DNA from: an uncultured Acidobacteriota bacterium
Lineage (GTDB): Bacteria; Acidobacteriota; Terriglobia; Bryobacterales; Bryobacteraceae
DNA length: 64,000 bases
Direction: 5' to 3'
Assembly (NCBI GenBank): GCA_902825945.1
Contig: CADECY010000005.1
Location: 90,557-154,556, forward strand
Shown here: positions 36,717-46,643 of the stretch, in pieces
How positions within the stretch are numbered: position 1 is the stretch's first letter
Layout of the letters: each line of letters starts with the position of its first letter
Program-made: the position numbers and the translations under genes
Notes under the pieces: model-generated
Told to the model about the DNA's origin: nothing
Seen by the model: only the letters and a program-made list of their open reading frames with translations
The model's database searches: none

Positions 36717-37880
36717 ATGGCGAACCCAGCCCTAAGGAGTTCCGTTCGGAGGATCACTGACCTGAATGCGGGCGAGTTTCCTTTGGGCGCCCTCGTGGAG
36801 CACCCGATTTCGGCCATTGAGAGCATGGCTTGTGACACTGGGATGGCCAGTCGACCGGAGTGCGATGTCGGCTGTTTGGCTTGTTGCACCAACAGCGTCC
36901 ATTCTGCCCATGCCGTCGGACCGGTGACATTGTTGTCCCCTCTCTTGCTCACCGCTATCTCGCGTATGGCTGCGGAGCTTGCCCGGGGTGGAACTCACAT
37001 CATGTCAATAGATCGCTTTAACTTGTTCAGCGGATCGAATGAGATGGACCATCCACATTGCGTCGAACTTAGGGAGATTCTGTCAGCGTTCTTCGATGAG
37101 GTGCACAACAGGCCTCTGGGGGCGGTCTCCTCGGACGTGGTATTTCATCTATCTAGATCTCCGCACTTCAGGGCAAACCTGCAGTCGGTGGTACAGAAGC
37201 CGCTGCTGTGGGACAACGTCTGTATGGCGATTGACGAACAGATCGAGTTCCACAGCGCCCGTGAGTACTCTCGACACATGGAGGACCTGGAATGGGTGTG
37301 GAGAGTCCTTCGCCCGGTGCTCGGCCGCGAGGTGAGCCACGCGCGGAGAGAGAGGCAGGGCGAGCCCAGGGTTATCCTCAACATGCTCGTCCCCGATTCA
37401 GGGTCGGTATTCCAGGACAAATATCGTGCGCTCTATCCGGGTGGCCCCCTACGGGCAACCACGTTCGAGGAGTTGGCTCATCGCTACGTAACTCCCTTTG
37501 TCGGCGATATATTGGATGATGGCTCTGCTGTTCCTCGAGAGCACCGATTCACCACCCGAATCGCCAGACTTGCCGCGGTACCCGACTCGAGGGTCTTCGT
37601 CGGGCAAAACTACTACGCTCCAGCGGGCAGGGCTCGACTTCTCGTCCGGTTCAACGACCCAGGCTCCCGTCCGCCCAATGCCATCCGGACCAAGATCTAC
37701 CCGACAGGCGAGACCACGTTTCGGATCGCGGCCTCATTTACAACCTCCCCAGCATCCGAGGAGGAAGTTGCTGTTCATCCGAGCCGGACTCCCGCTTGGT
37801 TTCAGGCCTTGCGGGAGTTCGTCATTGACGTGGGAGATCGCGCCGGTAAAGCGTGGCTTGAATCAAAAATGCAGCCGTAG
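36717..37880 (+). CDS. hypothetical protein (387 aa), partner of the TIR gene
   Basis: ATG with GGAG 6 nt upstream, 19 nt after the TIR gene stop. No family recognised. One CX3CX2C cluster (ECDVGCLACC). The last 6 codons lie antisense within the receptor 3' end. Confidence 0.65.
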   Translation: MANPALRSSVRRITDLNAGEFPLGALVEHPISAIESMACDTGMASRPECDVGCLACCTNSVHSAHAVGPVTLLSPLLLTAISRMAAELARGGTHIMSIDRFNLFSGSNEMDHPHCVELREILSAFFDEVHNRPLGAVSSDVVFHLSRSPHFRANLQSVVQKPLLWDNVCMAIDEQIEFHSAREYSRHMEDLEWVWRVLRPVLGREVSHARRERQGEPRVILNMLVPDSGSVFQDKYRALYPGGPLRATTFEELAHRYVTPFVGDILDDGSAVPREHRFTTRIARLAAVPDSRVFVGQNYYAPAGRARLLVRFNDPGSRPPNAIRTKIYPTGETTFRIAASFTTSPASEEEVAVHPSRTPAWFQALREFVIDVGDRAGKAWLESKMQP

Positions 37881-38048
37881 GGTGTACTGCACTTCGCGGC
37901 CGTAGTTGACCTGCGAGGTGATCCCGCCGAACTGCGTGCTCGTCACCGTCAGATTCGGATTGCCCGGCATCACGCTGTTCGTCAGGTTGTAGCCCTCGAA
38001 CCTCAGCTCGAGCTTGAACCGCTCGGTGAGCGAGAAGTTCTTGGAAAG
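37863..38048 (-). repeat. right direct repeat = functional 3' end of the TonB-dependent receptor gene
   Basis: Matches 34773-34957, beginning exactly at the stop codon. 5 mismatches in the first 36 nt (all synonymous), then 134 identical nt. Confidence 0.85.
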
Positions 38049-41000
38049 GGTCGAGTCGAGCTGCCAGAAGTTCGGACCCGTGATTCCGGAGTATTGCAGC
38101 GGATTGGTGCGCGGCGTGAACGGAGTCGCCTGCTTGAACACGCTCGTATTGAACCAGCGCGACCATTCGCGCGTGGCGTTGCCCGGATCCCCCGTGACAT
38201 CGAGTTGCCCGAACCGCAGGAAGTTGCCCGAGTTCCACATGAAGATGTGGCTCGTCGACCAGCCGCCGAGGATCGCGTTGAGAACCGGATGCATGGTGGA
38301 GCCGAATCTCTGGCCCTTGCCGAACGGCAGGTCGATGGTGCTGCCGAGCGTCATGCGATGGCGCGGAAGGGTCGAGGGCAGCATCGTCAGGTTGTTCGCG
38401 AACTCGTCGGGAGCGTTGAAGTAGCCGCCCGTCGATTCCTGATTGTAATTGTAGCCCCACACCACGCTGTAGCCGTTGGCGAAACGGCGCTGGACGCGAA
38501 GCTGAACCGCCTTGTACCGGTTCTCGACTCCGGGCAGGAAGCCTTCTGTCAGATCGCCGTACTGCGGATACGGCCGGAGCAGCGTGGAGAGCGGGACGGT
38601 GCGCTGGCCGCGAAGTTGTCCCGGCATCACGCTGGCGGGCGTGCCGAAGAAGGGGTTCGGGACCGCCGCCGAGAGAGCGGTCTTGTAGTCGTAGCCGAAC
38701 TGCGGATTGACCATGTTCAACTGGCGTCCGAAGCCTGCGTTCCCGCCTTGTCCTTCCGGCACCATATTGTGTCCGAAGTTCATGAAGAAGGTGCCGTCGA
38801 CCTTGAGTCCGGCGACGAGATCGCGCTCAATCGTGAAATTGAAGCGATCGTTCATCGGGGTCTTCAGATTCTGCCGTGACCATGTCGCGGCGCCACCGAT
38901 ATTGGTGTAGCGTCCGGTGGTGCGGCCGAGCGGCGCCACGAGCGGATTCGACGCCGGGAACGGGTTCGAGAGCACGCCCTGCGGAACGCCCTGCAATTGC
39001 ACGGGTCCATTGGAAGTGACCGAGAAGCCGTCCGTCGCGGGCAGGCGCCACGAGTATCCGAGGATGCTCATGACCGGAACAGCGTAGCGCGCATAGCCGA
39101 CCCGAACCGCGGTCCGGTCGTTCACGCGGTAGGCGATGCCGACGCGCGGCAGCAAGTTCCGGCGCGGCGCGTGATAGAGTCCCTTGGCGTCATCGGTCGC
39201 ATAAACCCAAGCGCCGTTGAATGTAGGCTTCGGAGCGCCGCTGATCGTTGCCACCTGCGGCGGCATGACCGGAGTGTTCGCGCCCTGGAATTCGGGAATC
39301 GGATTACCGAGGTCGAGATAGCGCGACAGGCGCAGTAGGCGTTCCGACGGCGCGGTTTCGTACTCCCAGCGCATGCCGAGATTCAACGTGATCCGGCGGT
39401 TCAACTTGAAATCGTCCTGGAAGAAGAGGCCGTATTGATCCTGCTCGGTGTAGCGCGGCGCCACGTAGTTCGCGTTGAGCGAGTTGTCGATCGCGCCGAG
39501 TTGGAACGTGGCCCACGAACTTCCCGTGTTGAGCAGATCGGGCGCGAGGAACGTGTTCGCGGTGGGTGTCGCGTTGAACGGGAAGCTGCCGAGATTCGGC
39601 AATTGCGAGTACTCGAAGGCGTGGCGGTACGCCATTCCGAACTTCATGTAGTGGCGGCCGCGATCGTGTCCGAGGCTTCCTTGATAGGAATACTTGCGCG
39701 GACGATAGCTCCACCAGCTCGACTTGCCGAAGGTCGCGCCGCCGACGTTGAGCGCTGGGTAGTAGACTGCTGGCATGTCGGCGAGGTACGGCTTGTACCA
39801 GGCGTTGCCGGGCCAGAACTTCTCGAGTCCCTTCTCGCCGATCTGGGCCCAGGCGGAATCGTATTCGTCTTCCGAGTAGACGACGCCGAGGCGGAAGTTG
39901 AACACTGTCCGCGCGCTGAGCGTGTAGACGGAGTCGAACGCGCCATTGAGCGCGTCCATCAGTCCGCCGTTGTCGGACGAGGTGGCTTGCGTGCCGCCGT
40001 AGTTGTTATTGTCGAGCCGCGTGCGGATGACGCTGTAACGGGCGAAGGTGCGCCACTTCGGCGTGATCATCCAGTCGGTGCGATTCGAGAAGTTCCAGTA
40101 GTTGAGGAACCACGCATAGCCGGTCCGATAGTTGTTCACGCCCGTCGCGTCGTCCCCCGCGCCGTTCGGCTTCCAGATGTCGGCCAGGAACAGGCGCGAG
40201 GTGGGGTCGAAGCGCGATTGCGGAACGATGTTTCCCGCGAATGGCGTACGCGTGACCGCGTTCGTCTGCGTGTTGGTTTGTGTCGTCAGCGGATCGAAGA
40301 TCGGACGCATCACGCCCTGCCGGTTGAGCGAGCGTGTGTAGTCGCCCGCGCGCTCGAGGTCGGTCGGCAGCGTCATCACCTTCGTGTAGGGCTGCCGGTT
40401 GTTCCACTTTTCGAACGTGACGAAGTTGAAGAGCTTGTTCTTGACGATCGCGCCGCCGAAGGTACCACCGTAGACGTGATTCCGGACCACGTTCGGCGCC
40501 CGCGTGAACGCGTTCGACACGGCGTTGAACTTGGGGTTGCGGCCGAAGTAGTACGCACTGCCGTGATACTCGTTCGTGCCCGCCTTCATGCCGACGTTCA
40601 TGACACCACCCGCCGAGAATCCGGACTCGGCGTCGATCGAGTTTTGCTGCACGGTGAACTCCTGCACCGCGTCCATCGGTGGCGCGTACGATCCGCGGGA
40701 GCCGACGCCGATCGGCGATCCGTCGATCTGCACTTCGTTGCGGCCGCTGGTTTGTCCGCCGACATCCACTCCGGTGGTCGAGAGCTGATAGAAGGGATTG
40801 CGCTTGGAAACATCCGAGTATCGATTCACCACCGCGGGATCGAGCAATGCCAGCGTGAACGGATTCCGCGCGAGCACCGGAAGCTCCTTGAGCATTTTGC
40901 CGTCGATCGTCTGCGAAAGGGTCGTGGTGTTGAACTGGATCTCGACGGCGGAATCGGAGACGGTGACCGTCTGGTTCACGTCGCCTACTTTCAGGGCCAT

Positions 41001-41297
41001 GTTGACCGAGAGGTCAGACCGGACCAAGACCTGCACGTTCTCGTTCGTGGATTTCCCGAAGCCTTGGAATTCGGCGGTCACCGAGTAGGTGCCGGGCTCA
41101 ACGAAATCGAACAGGTAGTGTCCGGTTTCGTCGGTGGTGCGCGTGGTGGCGGTCTTCGTTTTGGCGTTGACCAAGGTGACCGTGGCGCCAGCGATGGCGG
41201 AGTTGGTGGGGTCGGTGATGATCCCCTGGACCCTTCCGCGATAATCCTGCGCGAAGGCAATGCCGCACGCAAGCAGCGTGATCAGCAGTCTGTTCAT
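37863..41297 (-). CDS. TonB-dependent receptor with CarboxypepD_reg-like N-terminal domain
   Basis: Signal MNRLLITLLACGIAFAQ, then RGRVQGIITDPTNSAIAGATVTLVN...GHYLFDFVEPGTYSV, a barrel region of over 1000 aa, and C-terminal ...YTLRLHF. Start set at ATG 41297. Confidence 0.9.
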   Translation of the reverse strand: MNRLLITLLACGIAFAQDYRGRVQGIITDPTNSAIAGATVTLVNAKTKTATTRTTDETGHYLFDFVEPGTYSVTAEFQGFGKSTNENVQVLVRSDLSVNMALKVGDVNQTVTVSDSAVEIQFNTTTLSQTIDGKMLKELPVLARNPFTLALLDPAVVNRYSDVSKRNPFYQLSTTGVDVGGQTSGRNEVQIDGSPIGVGSRGSYAPPMDAVQEFTVQQNSIDAESGFSAGGVMNVGMKAGTNEYHGSAYYFGRNPKFNAVSNAFTRAPNVVRNHVYGGTFGGAIVKNKLFNFVTFEKWNNRQPYTKVMTLPTDLERAGDYTRSLNRQGVMRPIFDPLTTQTNTQTNAVTRTPFAGNIVPQSRFDPTSRLFLADIWKPNGAGDDATGVNNYRTGYAWFLNYWNFSNRTDWMITPKWRTFARYSVIRTRLDNNNYGGTQATSSDNGGLMDALNGAFDSVYTLSARTVFNFRLGVVYSEDEYDSAWAQIGEKGLEKFWPGNAWYKPYLADMPAVYYPALNVGGATFGKSSWWSYRPRKYSYQGSLGHDRGRHYMKFGMAYRHAFEYSQLPNLGSFPFNATPTANTFLAPDLLNTGSSWATFQLGAIDNSLNANYVAPRYTEQDQYGLFFQDDFKLNRRITLNLGMRWEYETAPSERLLRLSRYLDLGNPIPEFQGANTPVMPPQVATISGAPKPTFNGAWVYATDDAKGLYHAPRRNLLPRVGIAYRVNDRTAVRVGYARYAVPVMSILGYSWRLPATDGFSVTSNGPVQLQGVPQGVLSNPFPASNPLVAPLGRTTGRYTNIGGAATWSRQNLKTPMNDRFNFTIERDLVAGLKVDGTFFMNFGHNMVPEGQGGNAGFGRQLNMVNPQFGYDYKTALSAAVPNPFFGTPASVMPGQLRGQRTVPLSTLLRPYPQYGDLTEGFLPGVENRYKAVQLRVQRRFANGYSVVWGYNYNQESTGGYFNAPDEFANNLTMLPSTLPRHRMTLGSTIDLPFGKGQRFGSTMHPVLNAILGGWSTSHIFMWNSGNFLRFGQLDVTGDPGNATREWSRWFNTSVFKQATPFTPRTNPLQYSGITGPNFWQLDSTLSKNFSLTERFKLELRFEGYNLTNSVMPGNPNLTVTSTQFGGITSQVNYGREVQYTLRLHF

Positions 41298-41320
41298 TGC
41301 GAGACCTCTCTTTCGTGGAA

Positions 41321-41401
41321 CGCGCACAACGGACTCGCTCCGGCGCCCGGACATTGGCGTGTTGCTCCACTGTTGGCGCCGCGCCTTCGCGGCCTGTGCG
41401 C
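41321..41401 (-). repeat. MITE/REP-like small repeat, copy B (leader region of the receptor gene)
   Basis: Both termini are exact reverse complements of the copy A termini (21 nt and 14 nt, extending to about 27-30 nt with 1-2 mismatches). The central ~25 nt is rearranged. Confidence 0.6.
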
Positions 41402-41527
41402 TCAAGGCCGGGCCTCGCCAGCGTCGGAACCAGGACGCGGAAAGCGCCGGCGAACTCTTGAATCGTGTGGTTATTCTATGTCCGCCGGCGCTCCGGAGTC
41501 AATTCGAAACCGAGTGATCGGCTGTTA

Positions 41528-42835
<1,308 letters not shown>

Positions 42836-43855
42836 TTAGGTGAGCCATTCGTCGATGTGCTGGCGGACGAAACTGTCGTCGGTCAAGTGAGGATACGCCG
42901 CGCACACCCGGTCGATCTCTTCCATTTGACCGGGCGACAAATCTTCGTTCGGATCGAGACACCAGCGTCCAGCCATCAGTCCCTGGCGGCGCAGGATCTC
43001 GTGGATGCCGGCGATGCACCCGTGAAAGCCGTTGGCCGCGTCGAACAGGGCGGCATTGGAGTCGGTGACCTCGATGGCCATCTGGAGCCAAAGCGAGTCG
43101 ATCTCCCAGGACGACTCGTGAATCCGTCCGAGCATTTCGACGGCGCGCTTGGTCCACGCGGCCCAATGCCCGAGCAATCCGCCAACGATGCGTTTGACGC
43201 TACCGCTGAACCGGAACTCGGTGAGCAGGTCCACGATGATCGTGTCGTCGTTTCCCGTGTAGAGCGCGATCTCGCGGCCCGATTCGGCCACCGCGCGGAT
43301 GACATCGATGGTTTGATAACGGTTGAAAGGCGCGATCTTGACCGCCACCACGTTTTCGATTTCAGCGAAGCGCCGCCAGAACTGATACGGCAGTAGCCTG
43401 CCGCCGACCGCGGGCTGGAGGTAAAAGCCGAATACCGGAATCACCTCCGCCACCGCGCGCACGTGATCGATGAGCTGGTCCACGGTTTGGCTTTTCAGCG
43501 CGGCGAGGCTGAGGAGTCCTGTCTGGTAACCGAGGTCGCGCGCGATCCGCGCTTCGGCGACGGCTTGATTGGTGGGTCCCACCACACCCGCTACTTTGAT
43601 CACATCGGACGATTTGCCGAGTGTCTCCGCGGCAAGTTCGAGCACGGGCCGGTAGAGTCCGATCTTCGGATCGCGGATCGCGAACTGGGTGGTGTGCACG
43701 CCGACGGCGACTCCGCCCGCGCCCGCCCCCGCGTAGTAGCGCGTGAGGGCGCGCTGCCGGCGCTCGTCGAGCTTCCGCTCCGCGGTGAGCGCGAGCGGAT
43801 GGGCCGGAATCACAGTGCCCGCGCGGAGACGCGCGAGCCAATCAGAATTTGCCAT
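42836..43855 (-). CDS. dihydrodipicolinate synthase (DapA/NAL) family protein, function unknown
   Basis: The general layout and ALTRYYAGAGAGGVAVGVHTTQF resemble the uncharacterised DapA-like subfamily. Low-resolution call. Confidence 0.65.
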   Translation of the reverse strand: MANSDWLARLRAGTVIPAHPLALTAERKLDERRQRALTRYYAGAGAGGVAVGVHTTQFAIRDPKIGLYRPVLELAAETLGKSSDVIKVAGVVGPTNQAVAEARIARDLGYQTGLLSLAALKSQTVDQLIDHVRAVAEVIPVFGFYLQPAVGGRLLPYQFWRRFAEIENVVAVKIAPFNRYQTIDVIRAVAESGREIALYTGNDDTIIVDLLTEFRFSGSVKRIVGGLLGHWAAWTKRAVEMLGRIHESSWEIDSLWLQMAIEVTDSNAALFDAANGFHGCIAGIHEILRRQGLMAGRWCLDPNEDLSPGQMEEIDRVCAAYPHLTDDSFVRQHIDEWLT

Positions 43856-44864
43856 CGCGCGCCTCGAAATGCGTGGGTTTGTTCAGGGTTTTTCCTCCGG
43901 CACCGATCCAGCGGGCGGTGGCCTCGATGATCTCGTCGAGCGAGACAGTGGGATATCCGAAGAGCCGGTGACACTTCGCCGCGTTGTTGAGCAGCGCCGT
44001 GGGCGCTTCGGCACCCTCGAAGGAGGGCCTCACTCCGAAAAGCTCGCCGAACCGCAGCGCGACGCTCCTCACCGAGATCGTCTCGGGCCCGGTGAGATTG
44101 AGCACGAACGGCGGCGCTGATGCGTGCGCGAAACTTCGCAGGCAGATCGAATTCGCATCACCCTGCCAGATGACATTCGCGTTCCCCATCGCGAGGCTGA
44201 TCGTCTTGCGCTCGAAAACCTGCGTGCCGATGTCGAGCAGGACGCCGTATCGCATCTCGACGGCGTAGTTCAGCCGCAGAATCGCCACGGGCGTTCCGTT
44301 CTTCTTCGACATGTGGGTGAGCAACCGTTCCCGCGCCACCGCCGACATCGCGTATTCGCCCACCGGCTCGAGCGGGCTCTCCTCGGTGGCTCCGCCAGAT
44401 GCGACTGACGTCAACGGATAGACGTTCCCACTCGAAAACGTAACGATCCGCGAATGTTTGAAACGTTCGGCGACTCGCGCGGGCATGTAGGCGTTCATCG
44501 CCCACGTGTACGATTCATCGCCCGTCGATCCGAATTTGCGCGCCGCGAGGCTGATGACGTTTGGAGCATCGGGTAGCGCGGCGAGCTGCGCCTCATCGAG
44601 AACATCGGCTGAGATGGTGTCGATACCCGCGTCTTCGAGCAGTTTCCGGTTCGCGTCCGATGAGAAGCGGCTGACGCCGATGACGCGATGCTTCGAACCC
44701 GCCTCCGTGGCGGCGCGCCGGGCACGCAGCGCCAAGCTCGGGCCCATCTTGCCGTTGACGCCGAGAATCAGCAGGTCTCCGCCGAGATCGCGCATCGCGG
44801 CCACGTCGGCGGCGAGCGGGTGCGAAAGGACCTCTTCGAGCTCCTGGTCGTTGGTGATGTTCAT
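43842..44864 (-). CDS. NAD-dependent epimerase/dehydratase family protein
   Basis: Rossmann LLILGVNGKMGPSLA. SDR-extended-like length. ATGA overlap with the upstream gene at 44861-44864. Confidence 0.7.
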   Translation of the reverse strand: MNITNDQELEEVLSHPLAADVAAMRDLGGDLLILGVNGKMGPSLALRARRAATEAGSKHRVIGVSRFSSDANRKLLEDAGIDTISADVLDEAQLAALPDAPNVISLAARKFGSTGDESYTWAMNAYMPARVAERFKHSRIVTFSSGNVYPLTSVASGGATEESPLEPVGEYAMSAVARERLLTHMSKKNGTPVAILRLNYAVEMRYGVLLDIGTQVFERKTISLAMGNANVIWQGDANSICLRSFAHASAPPFVLNLTGPETISVRSVALRFGELFGVRPSFEGAEAPTALLNNAAKCHRLFGYPTVSLDEIIEATARWIGAGGKTLNKPTHFEARDGKF

Positions 44865-45343
44865 CGCTTGTAACCGATCTTGCGCAGGAAGCCGTGGCGC
44901 CATTCGGCATCGGCCTCCGACTCGACGCCTTTCGGCGAGGATCCGTCGATCACGCCGAGAATCCCGCGTCCTTGCTCCGTCTCGGCTACGATCACTTCCA
45001 CCGGATTCGCCGTGGCGCAGTAGATGCCGCAGACCTCGGGAACATCCTTGATCCGGCCGAGCACATTGATCGGGAACCCGCCGGTCATCACCACGTAGAA
45101 GGTGTGGCCAGCGGCCACGGCCGACGCCATTTCGATCGCTTTGGCCGTGAGCGCTTCGTCATTGCCGTCGGCGCGGATGAGGCAGGGTCCGGATGCTTCG
45201 TTGAAGGCCACGCCGAACTTCATCTGCGGCACCGTGTTCACGATGGCTTCGTAGATGTCCTCCACGGTCTTGATGAAGTGCGACTGGCCGACGATGATAT
45301 TGGCCCCGTCCGGGATCGACAGGCGTACGGATTTCAATTCCAT
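44861..45343 (-). CDS. adenosine-specific kinase-like (PF04008-type) protein
   Basis: MELKSVRLSIPDGANIIVGQSHFIKTVEDIYEA...FGVAFNEASGPCLIR...HTFYVVM...PINVL matches my memory of this small family. Start at ATG 45343. Confidence 0.65.
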   Translation of the reverse strand: MELKSVRLSIPDGANIIVGQSHFIKTVEDIYEAIVNTVPQMKFGVAFNEASGPCLIRADGNDEALTAKAIEMASAVAAGHTFYVVMTGGFPINVLGRIKDVPEVCGIYCATANPVEVIVAETEQGRGILGVIDGSSPKGVESEADAEWRHGFLRKIGYKR

Positions 45344-45426
45344 AACGGAAATGATTAGAATACCAATCGTGCCGGGCTCGAAGGGTTTCCGGCGCCGGCT
45401 TCGTTTATTGTTCAACAGGAGTCCCC

Positions 45427-46623
45427 GTGAACGAACCATCCACCAAGCCACGATTCACGCGCCGCGCCGCCGAGAGCGCGATGCGTCACATGCCCGAGGT
45501 CAAGGAGAAGTCCGCGACCGCTGTCGCCAGCGCGAGAAAGGCGCTCCAGGAGGTGCAGCGCGACGCGGCAGCCGCCGATCTCGACGAATTCCACATGCCC
45601 CGCAGCAAGATGGGCGCGCTGCTGCAATCGGAGATGAGTCGGCGTCTGGCGCAAGCCTCGGCCGAGGATGCCGGACTCGGCCCGGATTTCCTGTTCAGTT
45701 ACGCCGACCCCGGCTGGATCAGCGTCGTCGCGGCACTTCTCGAGAAGTGGTTGACGCCGGACGCGAAGTTCCGCTCGCATGAGGATGTCGAGACCGGCTT
45801 CACGATGGCCAATCAGACATCGGTCGCGCTGTTCTCCGATTGGGGCACGGGTCGGCCGGCCGCGGACACCGTCATGAGTCAGATCACTTCCCGCGGTCCG
45901 GACCTGATGGTTCACCTCGGCGACATCTACTACTCCGGCCAGCCCGAGGAGGCGCGCGAGCGATTCCTCGAGCATTGGCCGGACACGGGCGCGGCACGCT
46001 TCGCGCTCAATGCCAATCACGAAATGTACAGCGGCGGACACGGCTACTTCGAGACCGTTCTCCCGGAGATGGAGAACCAGGGCAGCTATTTCAGCATCCA
46101 AAACGATCACTGGCGGCTGATCGGCCTCGACTCGGCGTACAAAGACAAGAGACTCCACGGTCCGCAACTCCAATGGCTCGAGAAGCTGGTTGAGCCGAAC
46201 GATGGACGCCGGAATATTCTGATGAGCCATCACCAGGCATTCTCCATGTTCGAGGAAGTGGATCCGGACGATCTCTACCGCCCCGTGAAGCCCCTGATCG
46301 ACCGGGGTAAGATCCACGCCTGGTTCTGGGGACACGAGCACAAGAATGTGGGCTTCCTCAAATACAAGGGGCTCGTTGCGCGATGCCTCGGACACGGTGC
46401 CATTCCCTACCTGCCTCCGGGCTCGGACTTCAACGAGAAGACTTTTCCCGACCTGAAGGTGAAGTTCGTCAATCGGAGGCGGCGGCCCTCGACGCTGCAG
46501 GCTGTCAATGGATTCGCGATGCTGCGTTTCAACGGACCCGACCTCGAAGTCGATCACATCGATGAGGACGGAGTCACCGTCACCGAAAGCATCTCCAATG
46601 TTCTCGCCGGCATCTCCGATTGA
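45427..46623 (+). CDS. metallophosphoesterase (calcineurin-like)
   Basis: Motifs SDWGTG, HLGDIYYSG, NANHEMY, LMSHHQ, WGHEH. Confidence 0.8.
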   Translation: MNEPSTKPRFTRRAAESAMRHMPEVKEKSATAVASARKALQEVQRDAAAADLDEFHMPRSKMGALLQSEMSRRLAQASAEDAGLGPDFLFSYADPGWISVVAALLEKWLTPDAKFRSHEDVETGFTMANQTSVALFSDWGTGRPAADTVMSQITSRGPDLMVHLGDIYYSGQPEEARERFLEHWPDTGAARFALNANHEMYSGGHGYFETVLPEMENQGSYFSIQNDHWRLIGLDSAYKDKRLHGPQLQWLEKLVEPNDGRRNILMSHHQAFSMFEEVDPDDLYRPVKPLIDRGKIHAWFWGHEHKNVGFLKYKGLVARCLGHGAIPYLPPGSDFNEKTFPDLKVKFVNRRRRPSTLQAVNGFAMLRFNGPDLEVDHIDEDGVTVTESISNVLAGISD

Positions 46624-46643
46624 CCGGTGTACGATAGCAGGAA

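Noticed and set aside
34958-37862. Integrase, transposase or excisionase inside the islet
   Set aside because: All six frames were inspected. Only the two cargo genes are credible, and no recombinase-like motifs (RHRY, DDE, or serine recombinase) were seen.
36717-37880. Calling the TIR partner a radical SAM / viperin-like enzyme
   Set aside because: Only the CX3CX2C spacing fits. The aromatic residue before the third Cys and the SAM-binding motifs are not evident. Kept as a speculative note only.
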